Assembly (NCBI GenBank): GCA_951406725.2
Contig: OX597816.1
Coordinates: forward strand, 66,340,001 to 66,404,000
Direction: 5' to 3'
From: Octopus vulgaris
Taxonomy: Eukaryota
DNA: 64,000 nt
Shown here: piece after piece, positions 28,201-40,808 of the stretch
How positions within the stretch are numbered: the stretch's first letter is position 1
Layout of the letters: each line of letters starts with the position of its first letter
Notes under the pieces: generated by a model
Databases searched by the model: none
Told to the model about the DNA's origin: nothing
The model's input: only the letters and a program-made list of their open reading frames with translations
Position numbers and translations under genes: made by a program

Positions 28201-31200
28201 GTGCTTTGTAGGTGGGTGGGTGGGTGGGTGGGGGTCAGCAATTGATTAGGGCTGAAGTTTTCCATGGCCCTGAAGAGAAAACTTATGCTTTTAGAATACA
28301 GTTCTGACAATGATATAGCTGTATGGTCTCCAGTAGAGGTGATTCTATGGGAACTATAGTGAAAGCCACCAAGAGAAAAAAGGGACTTGAGGCAATAAAG
28401 TATATTGTTTGTTGCTAACAACTGTTTCCATCAATGTTGATAATGTTCAAAGTGTGTGTGGTAGATTTATAATTGGTAGCCTGAGAGAGTGCTCCTTTTT
28501 GGAGACAAGATACATTGTTCTGTTTTCTACAGGATAGGTGAGAGAAAGATTGAAGAATTTAGTTACCCAAAAAGATTACTAGAGAGTGAGAGGACTTTTG
28601 TAGCTAGTTTAGAGGATTTAAGTGTTTTTCTTAAGTAGGAAGGATGTAGGGAGAGTGTGATGTAAGATTATTTCTTTGATGACTTATTTATAGTGTTCAG
28701 GAGAAATGTTGAAGGAATTAAACTGTTATGTTCTAACAGGAGAACACAACAATCTTAGTTTTCAAGGTCTCTCTTCATGGGAGAAGTGCAAATGTGGCAT
28801 GAAGTACCATGTTGTTATGCAAATAAAATATTCATTAAGAAGGCTGAGAAGGGTGAAGTGTAGAATATCTGGATAAGAATGTATGTTATAAGAATTGGCA
28901 TTGAAAAGAACATTGATATTAGATAACGTGGAAGATATAATTGATATGCCTCAGCCAAACCAAAGTTGATGGAATGTGGGATAAAGAGAGAATCACATTG
29001 ACAAATGCTGCAGGAGAGCATTCTGAAAGAAAACTATAATCCATGAGATGAAATACAGAAAGTTCTCAGGTGAAATTCAATGAAAAGTATTGGTAATGTT
29101 AAAGGCAATAGCATTACTTTTGCTGAAGTTCTCAAAAGTAACAACAAAACTTTTTATGGGAAAAAGTGGGCACATACAACATTGAACTCTAAACACAGGT
29201 AACATTCTAAGAATACAGTTATGTGTTTGATTTCTTCCTCTTTCCTTCTACAAATTGTAAGTGATTTTTCTAAATATTTATATATATATATATATAAACA
29301 GTAGAGGAGAGTTAATTGCCCAGCAATATAACACAGCAGTCTCTAACATTACACTTCTCGTAAATTCTGAACAATAAATGAAACTAGGGATTAAAGTTAA
29401 CAATCCAACAACAAGATGTTAATAACAATACATGCAACATCCATGTACTACTGACTACTGTGTAACCAAGCATTGAGAATTAGGAAGGATATGCTCTTTA
29501 GCAAAATTACTCACATGCAAAGCTAACTATATCAAACACCAAGGCTATTAACAAAAGATAGCTATATAACAAGATAATACAGTTCTGTGCTAAAGATTAT
29601 TATTACTGAAATATAATAAAAAAGAGAATAAATACAGTAAGAAAGCTGTTTTAAATTTCTTTGTATTTTCCTTTCTCACAAAAGATCCTACTTTAAATGT
29701 TAGAACTGTCTTCTTATTATAAACTTATATTTGCCAAACATCATTCATAATTTTTTCTCATTTTGCTTGTGTTATAATCAGTGCTTAGATTTTGATTTCA
29801 ATACTGATAAGAGTTGGGTGAGCTTACAGTGGAACATATCTTCAGTACCGTCAAATGCTTTCTCATCTCTGTAAGGTTCAGTAACATTCTCAGAGCTAAT
29901 CTAACTACCCCTGTGTTCATGCATATGTGTGTGTGTTTCCAAGCATACATGTTCTTCGGATACCATGGTAGATATACATCATTACTCTCCCTAATACGAC
30001 TGAGACAAGAACCAAAAAAACAAGGCACTATTAACAAATATTTAACAAAAATAAAACAAATTCAACATAAACAATAATTGAATAAAAAGTTCTAAAAAAG
30101 AAAAGGAAAAATTAACTAGGATTATTTAACTAAATTTTAAAACAAAAACTTTTTTCCTAAAACAATTTCCACCTATAATTTTCAAATATATCTTAGAAAT
30201 TTTCTCGACTCAATTTATAATCTACTCCAGTCGCTACAGAAGTAGTTAGTAGTAAAACTGACTAATACTGAGAAAAGAGACAGAGATAGCAGAAGAGAAA
30301 CATAGATTGTTGGTAAATAGGGGAAGTATTATGCAAGCCAGGCATTCTTTAGTATGAGAACATAGCACTAACACCAAGATACCTCATGTGGAAGAGAATC
30401 CCCATCCCTGGTAAGATTAGAATCACCCGAACGGTATCTGGCAGTATAGTTCAGCACGCCGCCGGAAATGGGTTCAAAAGATACCTGCGTGCGGATCACT
30501 TTCTCATCGGGTTGAGCATCACGGAAGTAGATTCCAACTTTATCTACGGTCACAGCAGAAAGTTTCTGCCAGCCATCAGCTTTGACCACAAGTTGATTGA
30601 CACGAAGTTCATGAGTTTCCTGGAAAACAGGTAAAGAAAAACCTTTCTTACAAGAACATAGAATTATAAAACATACTGTAATGCCTATATTTGTATAATA
30701 ATTGTTTGTAACATAGGCTAAAGGTTAATGATTATACTGACCATAGTACTTAATTACTACTTTATTTTATTGAGCTTGAACAGATCAAAGGCAAAACTAC
30801 CAATGCTTACAGTACTAAGATATATTTGTTTGGCCAAACATTCAAAGTAGTTGTGTGACCTGCTAGAAATACCACCAAAAATCAGTCTTAGAAATGAAGA
30901 GACGTTAAATGATGTAGTCTTAGATATACTACATGAAAAAAAGACAGTCTGATTATGGCTTGGACACCTTTGATCATTAACTTGCTCAAACAGAATTAAC
31001 CTAAGACTAATCAACAATAACCTAGCTGTTGAGCATTCAAATATCTTGGTTGCAGTAGCACTAGCAACAAGATGTGAGCTGCTGATCCTTTAAATTAGAT
31101 ATAGGCTTTGCAAAATACATTTTTGTTTTTTAAATAAATATCTACCTTGTGTCGAATTTTCTCCCTCCTTTGGAAGAAAAATGGGACTTCTTCATTTGGT

Positions 31201-34200
31201 TCAACCTGCTTCCACTCTGTAGCTTTGATATAAGCATCAGTGAAATTTTCCAACAATCCACGCTTTGTGTCAACTCCAGAGACACTTGAAAAATAGAAGT
31301 TTGAATGGAAAGCATAAGTAATGATTAATTTTACATAGAATGACATTTAAAAAAAAAAAAAGGATAACATTAGGAAGGGCATCCAGCTGAAGAAACCATG
31401 CCAAGGCTGACATGGAGCATTATGATCCAGTCAAACCATCCAATCCAAAACTGCATAGAAAAACAAATGGTAAGTAATGATAACCACTTGAGGCAAACAA
31501 TAAATTTTGCTTGAAGAAAATGTTTAATTTTGCTTTTTTTTTTCTCTTCATAAAATGTCAAGGAAAGATGGGCAGTTTCCTTGATCTTTGCAAGCCTTCC
31601 TATTCAATTAAATATCAGATGGAAAAACATGGATAGGTATGAAATTACAGATGTAGTTCTCGGAAGGAAAATTAAATAAAGTTTTTACTGTGGACCACAG
31701 AAGAAGAGATAAAGAACAGGTGACAAGATGAGAAAAGACAGGCCTTGGTGGAGAGGGTATATGATTAGGTACTTCAGAAAAGGATAAATCATTGTAGCAG
31801 TAATAGAAGAGACAAAGAGAAAAAAACAGCATGTATACAAGTGAGTGGTTGAAGCACGTTGACAGCTGAAGTATGTTGTCAATCATTCATATGATGTTCT
31901 TTTGGATTTGGTTGAGGATGTTTGTGCAATCACAGCATCATCTCATAAATATGAGTAGAATATGTTGCAGAAATTATGAGCCCACTGAGAATTAATCAAT
32001 CCAAATTTCTGCTTCAGGATTCTGAATTTATAACCTGCTTGCATCAACAGTAGAACCAGTAATTCTACAGGGAATTAGCCTTTTACCTTCATAAAATACA
32101 AAATAAAAATGGAACATTGGTGCTGCCCTTGACTTCAGTAAAGCATTTTTAGCATAAATGTGTGATTTTCTGATATTCAATTACAAACGTACATAAAAAG
32201 CATTTGTGCTGGTGTCATGTTAAAAGCATGCAGTTGGCATTAGGAAGGGCATCCAGCTGCAGAAACCTTTTCAAAACAGACAATCGGAGCCTGGAGTAGC
32301 TCTCTGGCTTATCAAGCTGCCCAGCCTATGCCAGCATGGAAAATGAATGTTAAATGATGATACAAGATTATTCTTGCTAATACAGAATGTGAGTTGAGGA
32401 AGGTTCAGCTACAATTTATGATAAATTGACCAACCAGGTAGTGGCTGCCTTTTGTTGTTTGTAATATGCCAAAGCAACTTTAATGAATATGTTTCATTTT
32501 ATGCATGACTTTACTGGATCTGATCTTAATCCTATTGTGAATGAGAACAAAAACAGTTAACAAACCCTTTTTTTTGCAAAATAGAATTCATAAAAACATT
32601 CCTTCAACAAATGCAAACGTATTGTTTGATTAATTTGATTGAAAAATATGAATTACATTTATTTACAGCTCTAAATAAACATGGTCAAATATATATCAAG
32701 TACAATTATATGAGTGGAAATGTATGGCTTAATGGTGAGGGTGTTAGCATCATGATCATAAGATTGTGGTTTCGATTCCTGGACCAGGCAACGCATTGTG
32801 TTCTTCCTTTCACATTGCTCCAGTCCACTCAGCTGGCAAAAATGAGCAACGCTGCAGTGGACTGGTGTCCCATCCAGCTGGGGAACACATACGCCATAGA
32901 AACCGGGAAACTGGGCCCATGAGCCTGGCTAGGCTTTAAAAGGGTGCATTTATTTATTATTTTACAATTATAGGAATAAATGTGGCATGTGGAACGAAAT
33001 TTTCTATTGCAACAGGTTTGAATTTGGCAAAAGACATTTAAGTACAACATATAGGTATTGGTATACAGTCAACTCACCAGGCAGGGGTGGTGGTTACAGT
33101 CAAAAAATGGAATGGCAATCCTGTGTGATTTCGTATGACAAAAGGCACAAATGGGATACGTTTTTGTAGACCAAATTTCTTGGCGACTGTTTGAGATAAC
33201 TTTGTTGATGAATCCTTGCTGGTGTTTCTGAAATGCGACCAAATGCATTCCATTGAAATTCAATCATTGGGAAAGAAGATGTATGTATGTATGTATGTAT
33301 GTATGTGTGTGTGTGTGTCTTGACAATGAATATTCTAGATGTTTGATCACCTAAACTATTTACACATTCAATCAGCATGTGGGTGAGAATTCCATAATGT
33401 GTGTGCTCTTAATATACACCTATATGCACATTCTCTCTCTCTCTTTCAATATATATATCAGGGACGTGCTGCCTAGGTAGGCAAAGTAGGCAGTGCTTAC
33501 TTTAAATAAAATAGATCGATAGCAACATTTTACTTTTATGGCAAAATATGCACCTAATTCAATAAAATTATGAAGTTTACTCTGATTACAATGCTTAAAA
33601 TGCAAAATATATGTTTTTGTTGTTGATTAGGTAGGCATAATTTGCCCCTGCCTTTCAATCTCAGTATTTAATTTACACATAGTACTGCCGTAGCACACAT
33701 GCTGCATACATTCCTACAACGTTTTCTTTATGTGCTGTAAAGGCAGATGTAAATTTACCTTCAACTCAGTCATGTGGCTGTGTTTTACTACATAAGTGCC
33801 ACCAACTGCCTTGCCTGAGTAATTACTGATGCCATGTGCCTGATATATATATATATATATATATTGATAAAACGATAAGATAACAAAAGAAAGAAAGAGA
33901 CCTCAATATTATGTAAATAGAGGAAATTTATCTATACAATATGTTACATTACTCGGTAGTCAAGATAAAACTCTGAGTTTCAGATGCCGAAGTGGAAATC
34001 CACAACACCATCTCTTCGGTTATCTGGCTATTTGAAAACGTTATGAAAAAATACCGTTAAAAATGAAGGGAAATTACTCTGTTATAACTCTGCTTTGTCC
34101 TGCGTACTTATACATCGCTCGCATTTTTCGTCATAAAAATTGTATAAAAAAATACATAAAAATATATAAAAATATATAAAATCTTCTTGGGACATAACAC

Positions 34201-35721
34201 AGAAAGCATGTTCTATCCGTTTTCTTTAGGGGACCAAAAACGTAACAGAAATTTAGTCACATGTGGGCATGATCCGAAAAGCTCTGTCCTTGTATTTAGA
34301 CATGTGGTAGGGTCTAAGCTGCTTTTCCAGATAAGCCATCTCTCCATGTCGCATAAACCGCACCTTCCGCTGCCGTTAGTATAGGGCTTACATCTGGCCA
34401 AAATCTTCCATTGTATGTTATAATCGACACCTTTATCTCTTAAAGACCAAATATGATTGGATAATTGTGTCGCTTTTCTTTTGTTCCAGTGCCTAAAGCT
34501 CAAAGTGTGGTTATTGAACCTGGCCTTGAAATTACCCTCTGTCAGGCCCACGTATTTCTTCGTCGAAACGGTGTCTTTAGTGGTTATAGAGTTTACGGTA
34601 GCTTCATATATGATGGTCTTGGACATGCAAGCTCCATTTAGCGGGCACAATTCTTTATTCCTGCATGAACAGCTGTTTTCTTCTTGTATTTTTTGTATGT
34701 TATGATTGATTATGTTTTTAAAATTGGTAGTTGAACTAAAACTAATTTTTAAATTGTGTCTATTGAAGAGTTTCCTATAAGCATGGTTAACTGGAAAATG
34801 TCTATCTATCAGTGCTAGGAAATATTTACCTATATTGAAGGCCACCTCACCCGAGGTGGCCTTCAATATAGGTAAATATAGGAAACTCTTCAATAGACAC
34901 AATTTAAAAATTAGTTTTAGTTCAACTACCAATTTTAAAAACATAATCAATCATAACATACAAAAAACACAAGAAGAAAACAGCTGTTCATGCAGGAATA
35001 AAGAATTGTGCCCGCTAAATGGAGCTTGCATGTCCAAGACCATCATATATGAAGCTACCGTAAACTCTATAACCACTAAAGACACCGTTTCGACGAAGAA
35101 ATACGTGGGCCTGACAGAGGGTAATTTCAAGGCCAGGTTCAATAACCACACTTTGAGCTTTAGGCACTGGAACAAAAGAAAAGCGACACAATTATCCAAT
35201 CATATTTGGTCTTTAAGAGATAAAGGTGTCGATTATAACATACAATGGAAGATTTTGGCCAGATGTAAGCCCAATACTAACGGCAGCGGAAGGTGCGGTT
35301 TATGCGACATGGAGAGATGGCTTATCTGGAAAAGCAGCTTAGACCCTACCACATGTCTAAATACAAGGACAGAGCTTTTCGGATCATGCCCACATGTGAC
35401 TAAATTTCTGTTACGTTTTTGGTCCCCTAAAGAAAACGGATAGAACATGCTTTCTGTGTTATGTCCCAAGAAGATTTTATATATTTTTATATATTTTTAT
35501 GTATTTTTTTATACAATTTTTATGACGAAAAATGCGAGCGATGTATAAGTACGCAGGCAAAGCAGAGTTATAACAGAGTAATTTCCCTTCATTTTTAACG
35601 GTATTTTTTCATAACATTTTCAAATAGCCAGATAACCGAAGAGATGGTGTTGTGGATTTCCACTTCGGCATCTGAAACTCAGAGTTTTATCTTGACTACC
35701 GAGTAATGTAACATATTGTAT

Positions 35722-35756
<35 letters not shown>

Positions 35757-36019
35757 AGTTTTATTCGAACACATAAGACAGCTATTATGCTTACTCCCCA
35801 CAAAAACCACCATGTGGATTCTGTTGAGACCAGTAAGAAACAATTATGAACATTTTTTATTACACTTAACTTTTTAAAATATTTTTGATGAGGTTCGTTT
35901 TATCAAGAAGAACCGAAACATGTAAAATTTCTAAGAAAATTAAAATTTATCGTATATAGTGGCGTTTTCAAACTTCTTTTTTATAAATATATACCCACTT
36001 GTATACGACCTACACTTAT

Positions 36020-36058
<39 letters not shown>

Positions 36059-36065
36059 ATGTATG

Positions 36066-36099
<34 letters not shown>

Positions 36100-39000
36100 G
36101 TATATATATATATAGTATGTATGAAGGCAGCATGTAGGCAGAATAATCGATGTGCTGGACAAAGTGCTTAGTAGCATTTCTTCCACTTGTTTATGTTCCA
36201 AGTTCAAATACTGCCAAGGTCAACCTTACTTTTCATTCTTTTGAGATTGATAAAATAAAGTATCAATCATTTACTGGGGGTTGATATAATTGACTAACAC
36301 CACCCCTCAAAATTACTAGCCTTGTGCCAAATATCGAAACAATTTTTATTATTATTATTTATCATAAATTTTATACACAGACATGAAAAGGAATTGTTGG
36401 ATACAAATTATTATCATCATTATTTGTATTAAGAAATCATTAACTTTGTGTTTCTTTAGTGGTGTCCCACTGGATTAATTGTAAGATATCCCCTTAATGT
36501 AGAAGTCATCTACTATATATCTGGTTCATCAGATCTAACTGAGAAAAATATCAAAGAAAAGTATAATGATGGTGCCAATACTGACACTAAGACAGATATA
36601 TACCTGTTTTCTTCAGTATTTTTGTAATAATCTTCTGTCCACTTGAGTCGTGTCTTAGTGTACTGGTCAATGAAGGCACTGGTCAAATTAATGTTAAGGC
36701 AATCCATGGCTGTAGCAAAGAAAATTTTAAGATAATCTGATACATATGTATAAGATAAAATTGATGAAAGAAATACTAGAAAGACCTTATATGGCTGCTT
36801 GACCTTCTAAACATAGTAACCAGATCTCCCTCAAATCACATCCTGCTGTCTTAAATAGAGAAAAATACATTAGATAATGTAGTTCTAGATATTACTAAAA
36901 AAGTAGGCTGATCATGGCTGAACAAGTAAGAACAAAATAAGCAGCTATATCTAAAATAAAGAACAATCATAGGAGATAATGTTGTACCCTACTGTATTTT
37001 GAAAGTTGAATGAAATATCATTGAACTTAGGTAAATGGAGAGTGACTTGACACGAAATAGCAACAACACAACCACAAACAAAACTCCTCACCATGACCAT
37101 CAGCAAAACTGATACAACCAAGATCACTACCTTTTGAATAGTCAATTGGCAACAACAGTAAAAGTATAAGCATGATAGCAATGTCTGTAGCTACATATGT
37201 TGGATGTCAACACAACTGTGTGTGCATGTGTGAATAGAATGTGTCATTTTACAGCAGTGCAAGAGATGAGGTGCCCATGAACCTGGTAACCCTTTAATCA
37301 ACTTTAATTGTACGGTACTTCCTCCTATCTCACTCCTTCACCCTTTCATCTTCTCATTTCTATAGGAAAAGAAGGCAATAATTTTCTGCCTTCATACAAC
37401 AGTTCTTTCCTGGTGCTGTTTTTTCTTTACTACATATCTGTTGTGGATAATTGTTGATTGCTGTTGGTTTCACCTACAATTCAAGATGTCAGGAAGGAAG
37501 ACATCAAGTGGAACTGAATACAGTGGTGTGGAAAAGAACTGTAAGAGGATTATACTGAATTTTAAATTTGAGGTTTTAAAAAGACTTGAGATGGAAGGAA
37601 TAAAAAATCAAAATGTAAAACAGTAAAGCTTGCAACATCTACAATGGGAATACATACCAATAGACAGAAAATTAAGCACTGAAGAAGTTAGTTAACTGCT
37701 TGGACTATTTTTTCATTGATGTAAGTTGATGAATGTGATGTTTAAAATGAAATGGCTCTTCAGCTTATGGATCAAAGAGCAAACTCAACATAATATGCCA
37801 CTAAGCATGATGGTAATTAAAAAGAAATCAATACACAAAACTACCCAGTGAATGTAAATGATATTTCCTATAATGTCAGTCAGCAAGTAGAATATATCCA
37901 GTTAATGGATCAAGGTGTGATACTTCTAAGCACATTACCTGAAAACTTTCAAACAACTTATGAAAGCAACTGACAGGGAGGATAATCCTACAGTTAGAGA
38001 TTTCAGAAAGAATTTCAACACAATGCAGGCTATGAATAACATAAATAGGTAGTAGTATGAAGTAAAAGCCTTATCTTTAAAAAGCACTTTGAAAAATATA
38101 TAGTCAAACTGTATCCATGACTTCACAAGTTTTCTGCAAGCAGAAAGTCTGCATCAAATTCAGAAAGATTTTGTGACACCTGCAAATGATATAGGATTTG
38201 AAGAAGTCATAGGGGATGATGTGGCTGAGATGCTAGTGTGTCACAGACCAAGTTTATCAAATGAGGAGCTGATACTGTTAGAACAAGAGCAAGCTGATAA
38301 TACAGAAATACTATCAAATCCACTTCAATTGAGAATATGGCTAAAGGGCTGGCACTTAAGAGAGGAGGGTCTGCAAGTTTTTGCTGATAACAACCCTAAT
38401 CATAAACATAACAAACATTGCAGGAGGAGTTTACAATGAGTTTAGTTCCTACACTGCACAATAGAAAGGAATGATTCACCGTAAATAACAAACAACTATA
38501 TTTATATAAATAGTTTAACTTACAGTCTATCTTTAATTCTAATTTTCTCTCAGCTTCTTCTATGTACTCCCAGTTGATATTGCACCTTAGCAAAAAGAAA
38601 AAAAAATTGCAGTACTAACTGAAAAAGTAAACATCAAGTGATTCATTATTACATGTATAAATTCAATATTATTAATGTATTTTCTGGAATACAAGTCGAA
38701 TTTTTCAGACCAAAATTTACAACCAAAAGATGTAGATCAACTTACACACCCAGATGACTTTGATGGACAAACAATTTCAAGTGAAATGCTGCAGAATTTG
38801 GAAAGATAGTAACAATGGTTGAATGTCTATGCTATAAACTATGTCAACATGCATGTCAGAAAATACGGTATTGAATTCATACAGATCAATAAATTCATTA
38901 CATTTATGGATTCAATATTATTTCTACTCTTCAATACAATAAGAACACTAAAATATAGCTATAACAGTTTAAGATCATAAAAGGAAACAGGAACAGATTT

Positions 39001-40760
39001 CTAAGTAGGGAAATTAGTAAATTTATTTATAGGGAGTGGAAAAGAAAAAGAAGTTGTGATACATATGCCTTTATCAGGGACTTATGTAGTGTAAGTAAAA
39101 CCAGTTGATGTTTTTTGTTTTTTTTTATTGTGTACTGATGACATCAAAGAATGGACTGAAATCAAAAGGTTGACCGAATGTATGCATGCAACACAACACA
39201 GAAAGAACTGGCTAGTCTTGGCAAGCTGAAACCTGGACACAGGGAGGGCAACCAGCAGATGGCTGAGTTGGGAGGAAGAATGGTTTCTATGATTCTTTAC
39301 AAGGCTTCCAAGACCTGTAAAAGAGAAGGAAAGAGGATGGTATCCTCAAACCATAGTCTTAGCATGAATGCTCACAATAGAAAAGACTCCACTAAAAGCA
39401 CCCAAGGACCAGACTGTAATGTCAAAATGGGTGAGAGCTTAAATCTACTATTCACATAGGACACAGCAACACTGGACATCAGAACACAAAGAGCTGGAAT
39501 CAACTCTGCAAGGCATCACATCTGACATACTAATGATTCTACCAATTTGCTACTCATGACTGAGAATGTTTTTTACTGACCCTGGAAAGATCTGAACTGG
39601 GTCAGATTTGAACTCAGAATGGAAGATTCTGGAATAAATACTGCCATGTATTTCAGCCAATGCATTAGTCATCATCACCGTCTTCAGCATCCAATGTTTC
39701 TTTTTCCATGCTGGCATAGGTTGGACAGCTCAACAGGAACTGGTGGGCACAAGACGGTACCAAGCCCAATGTCGGCTTTGGAATAATTTCTGAAGCTTGC
39801 TCTTTCAAATGCCAACCACTTTAGAGTGTACTGGGTGCTTTTTTCTTGCCACCAGTGAGGTCACCAAGTACTCACAAGGCCCCTCAGTTGAATGGGGTGT
39901 AGTAGTAAGGGATGTGAAAGTATGATAAAGGAACATATTCTCCCAATTTGATTCCTAGTTATTACTTAGGACATGGATTGGATTAGATTGTCTATGTTCA
40001 GTCCACTGCAGGATGAAGGCCTCAGCATGTTCTCTCCACCAACCATGGTTTGATGTGGAGGCCATGAATTTGAGCTTGAGATCATACTGGTTTGATGAGC
40101 CTATTCTGCCATACTGGCTTGACAGAGGAATGCCATTTTTATACTCTTACCCAAGAGTAGTTAAGTCAGTTATGTCGACCCTAGTGCCCTACTGGTACTT
40201 AGGACTTTAAACTAGGTTATTTACCTAAATGTTACTTCTGATTTCATTGTTCTTGCTATGTTCAGATAAAAACTTATTAGTACTCTTACACTCTGTAAAC
40301 TTTGCTTGATTGAACAAGTTGAAAAAATTTTAAAGAGAACTTTCCCTTTTTGTTTTTTTAACTTACTTCCAAACTTCAATAAATGGTTCCCAACCAGACA
40401 GTTTGCGGTTGTAATAGTCTCCAAGTAATTTGAACATACCTCGACCCACTTTCTTGGGGAGGAGCTGTTGGTGAAGTTCTAAATCTGAAATATTGCAAAA
40501 CCAAATATTAGTTAGATGATCAGTGGTAAGAAATAAAAATTTATAAAAAAAAGGAAACAAAAGAAAAAGTTAAAATGACATTTTAAGATATTTGACAAGA
40601 AGCTGGATAACTTACAGTTGAATGAAATTTCTGCAAGTGGTACATCAGCATCTTTACAATCATCAATGAGACAAATACAAATTGACGAGGCTTTTATCTA
40701 GAATGGAATAAAAAAAATTAGCATCAAAATCAAGAAAACAAAGTTACAAATTTCCAATGT

Positions 40761-40808
<48 letters not shown>

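Larger units (their letters stand above)
33865..35726. mobile_element. Penelope-like element 3' portion (GIY-YIG endonuclease, no RT) duplicated as an inverted pair; probably Hydra clade
   Basis: Mirror ORFs 34213-34950(-) and 34835-35443(+) with IIY..YVG..FKARF..H, ER..I and LN motifs; CxCx5C linker (CSCRNKELC); (TA)n on both sides. Clade assignment is from recalled motif descriptions. Confidence 0.88.

Noticed and set aside
27780-29100. Possible very old Penelope-like RT/endonuclease remnant (similar hints at 63240-63540)
   Set aside because: Only faint motif resemblance; too degraded to support by eye.
34213-35443. Two standalone GIY-YIG nuclease genes or a host system
   Set aside because: Both are 5'-truncated retroelement fragments whose apparent starts come from reading through the opposite arm.
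39140-39314. Strong-looking acceptor (long pyrimidine tract plus cag) on the minus strand
   Set aside because: Stop codon in the required phase and no suitable donor.
40225-40292. Possible exon after the WEPFIE exon
   Set aside because: Stop codon in the required phase; exon 38524-38585 fits instead.
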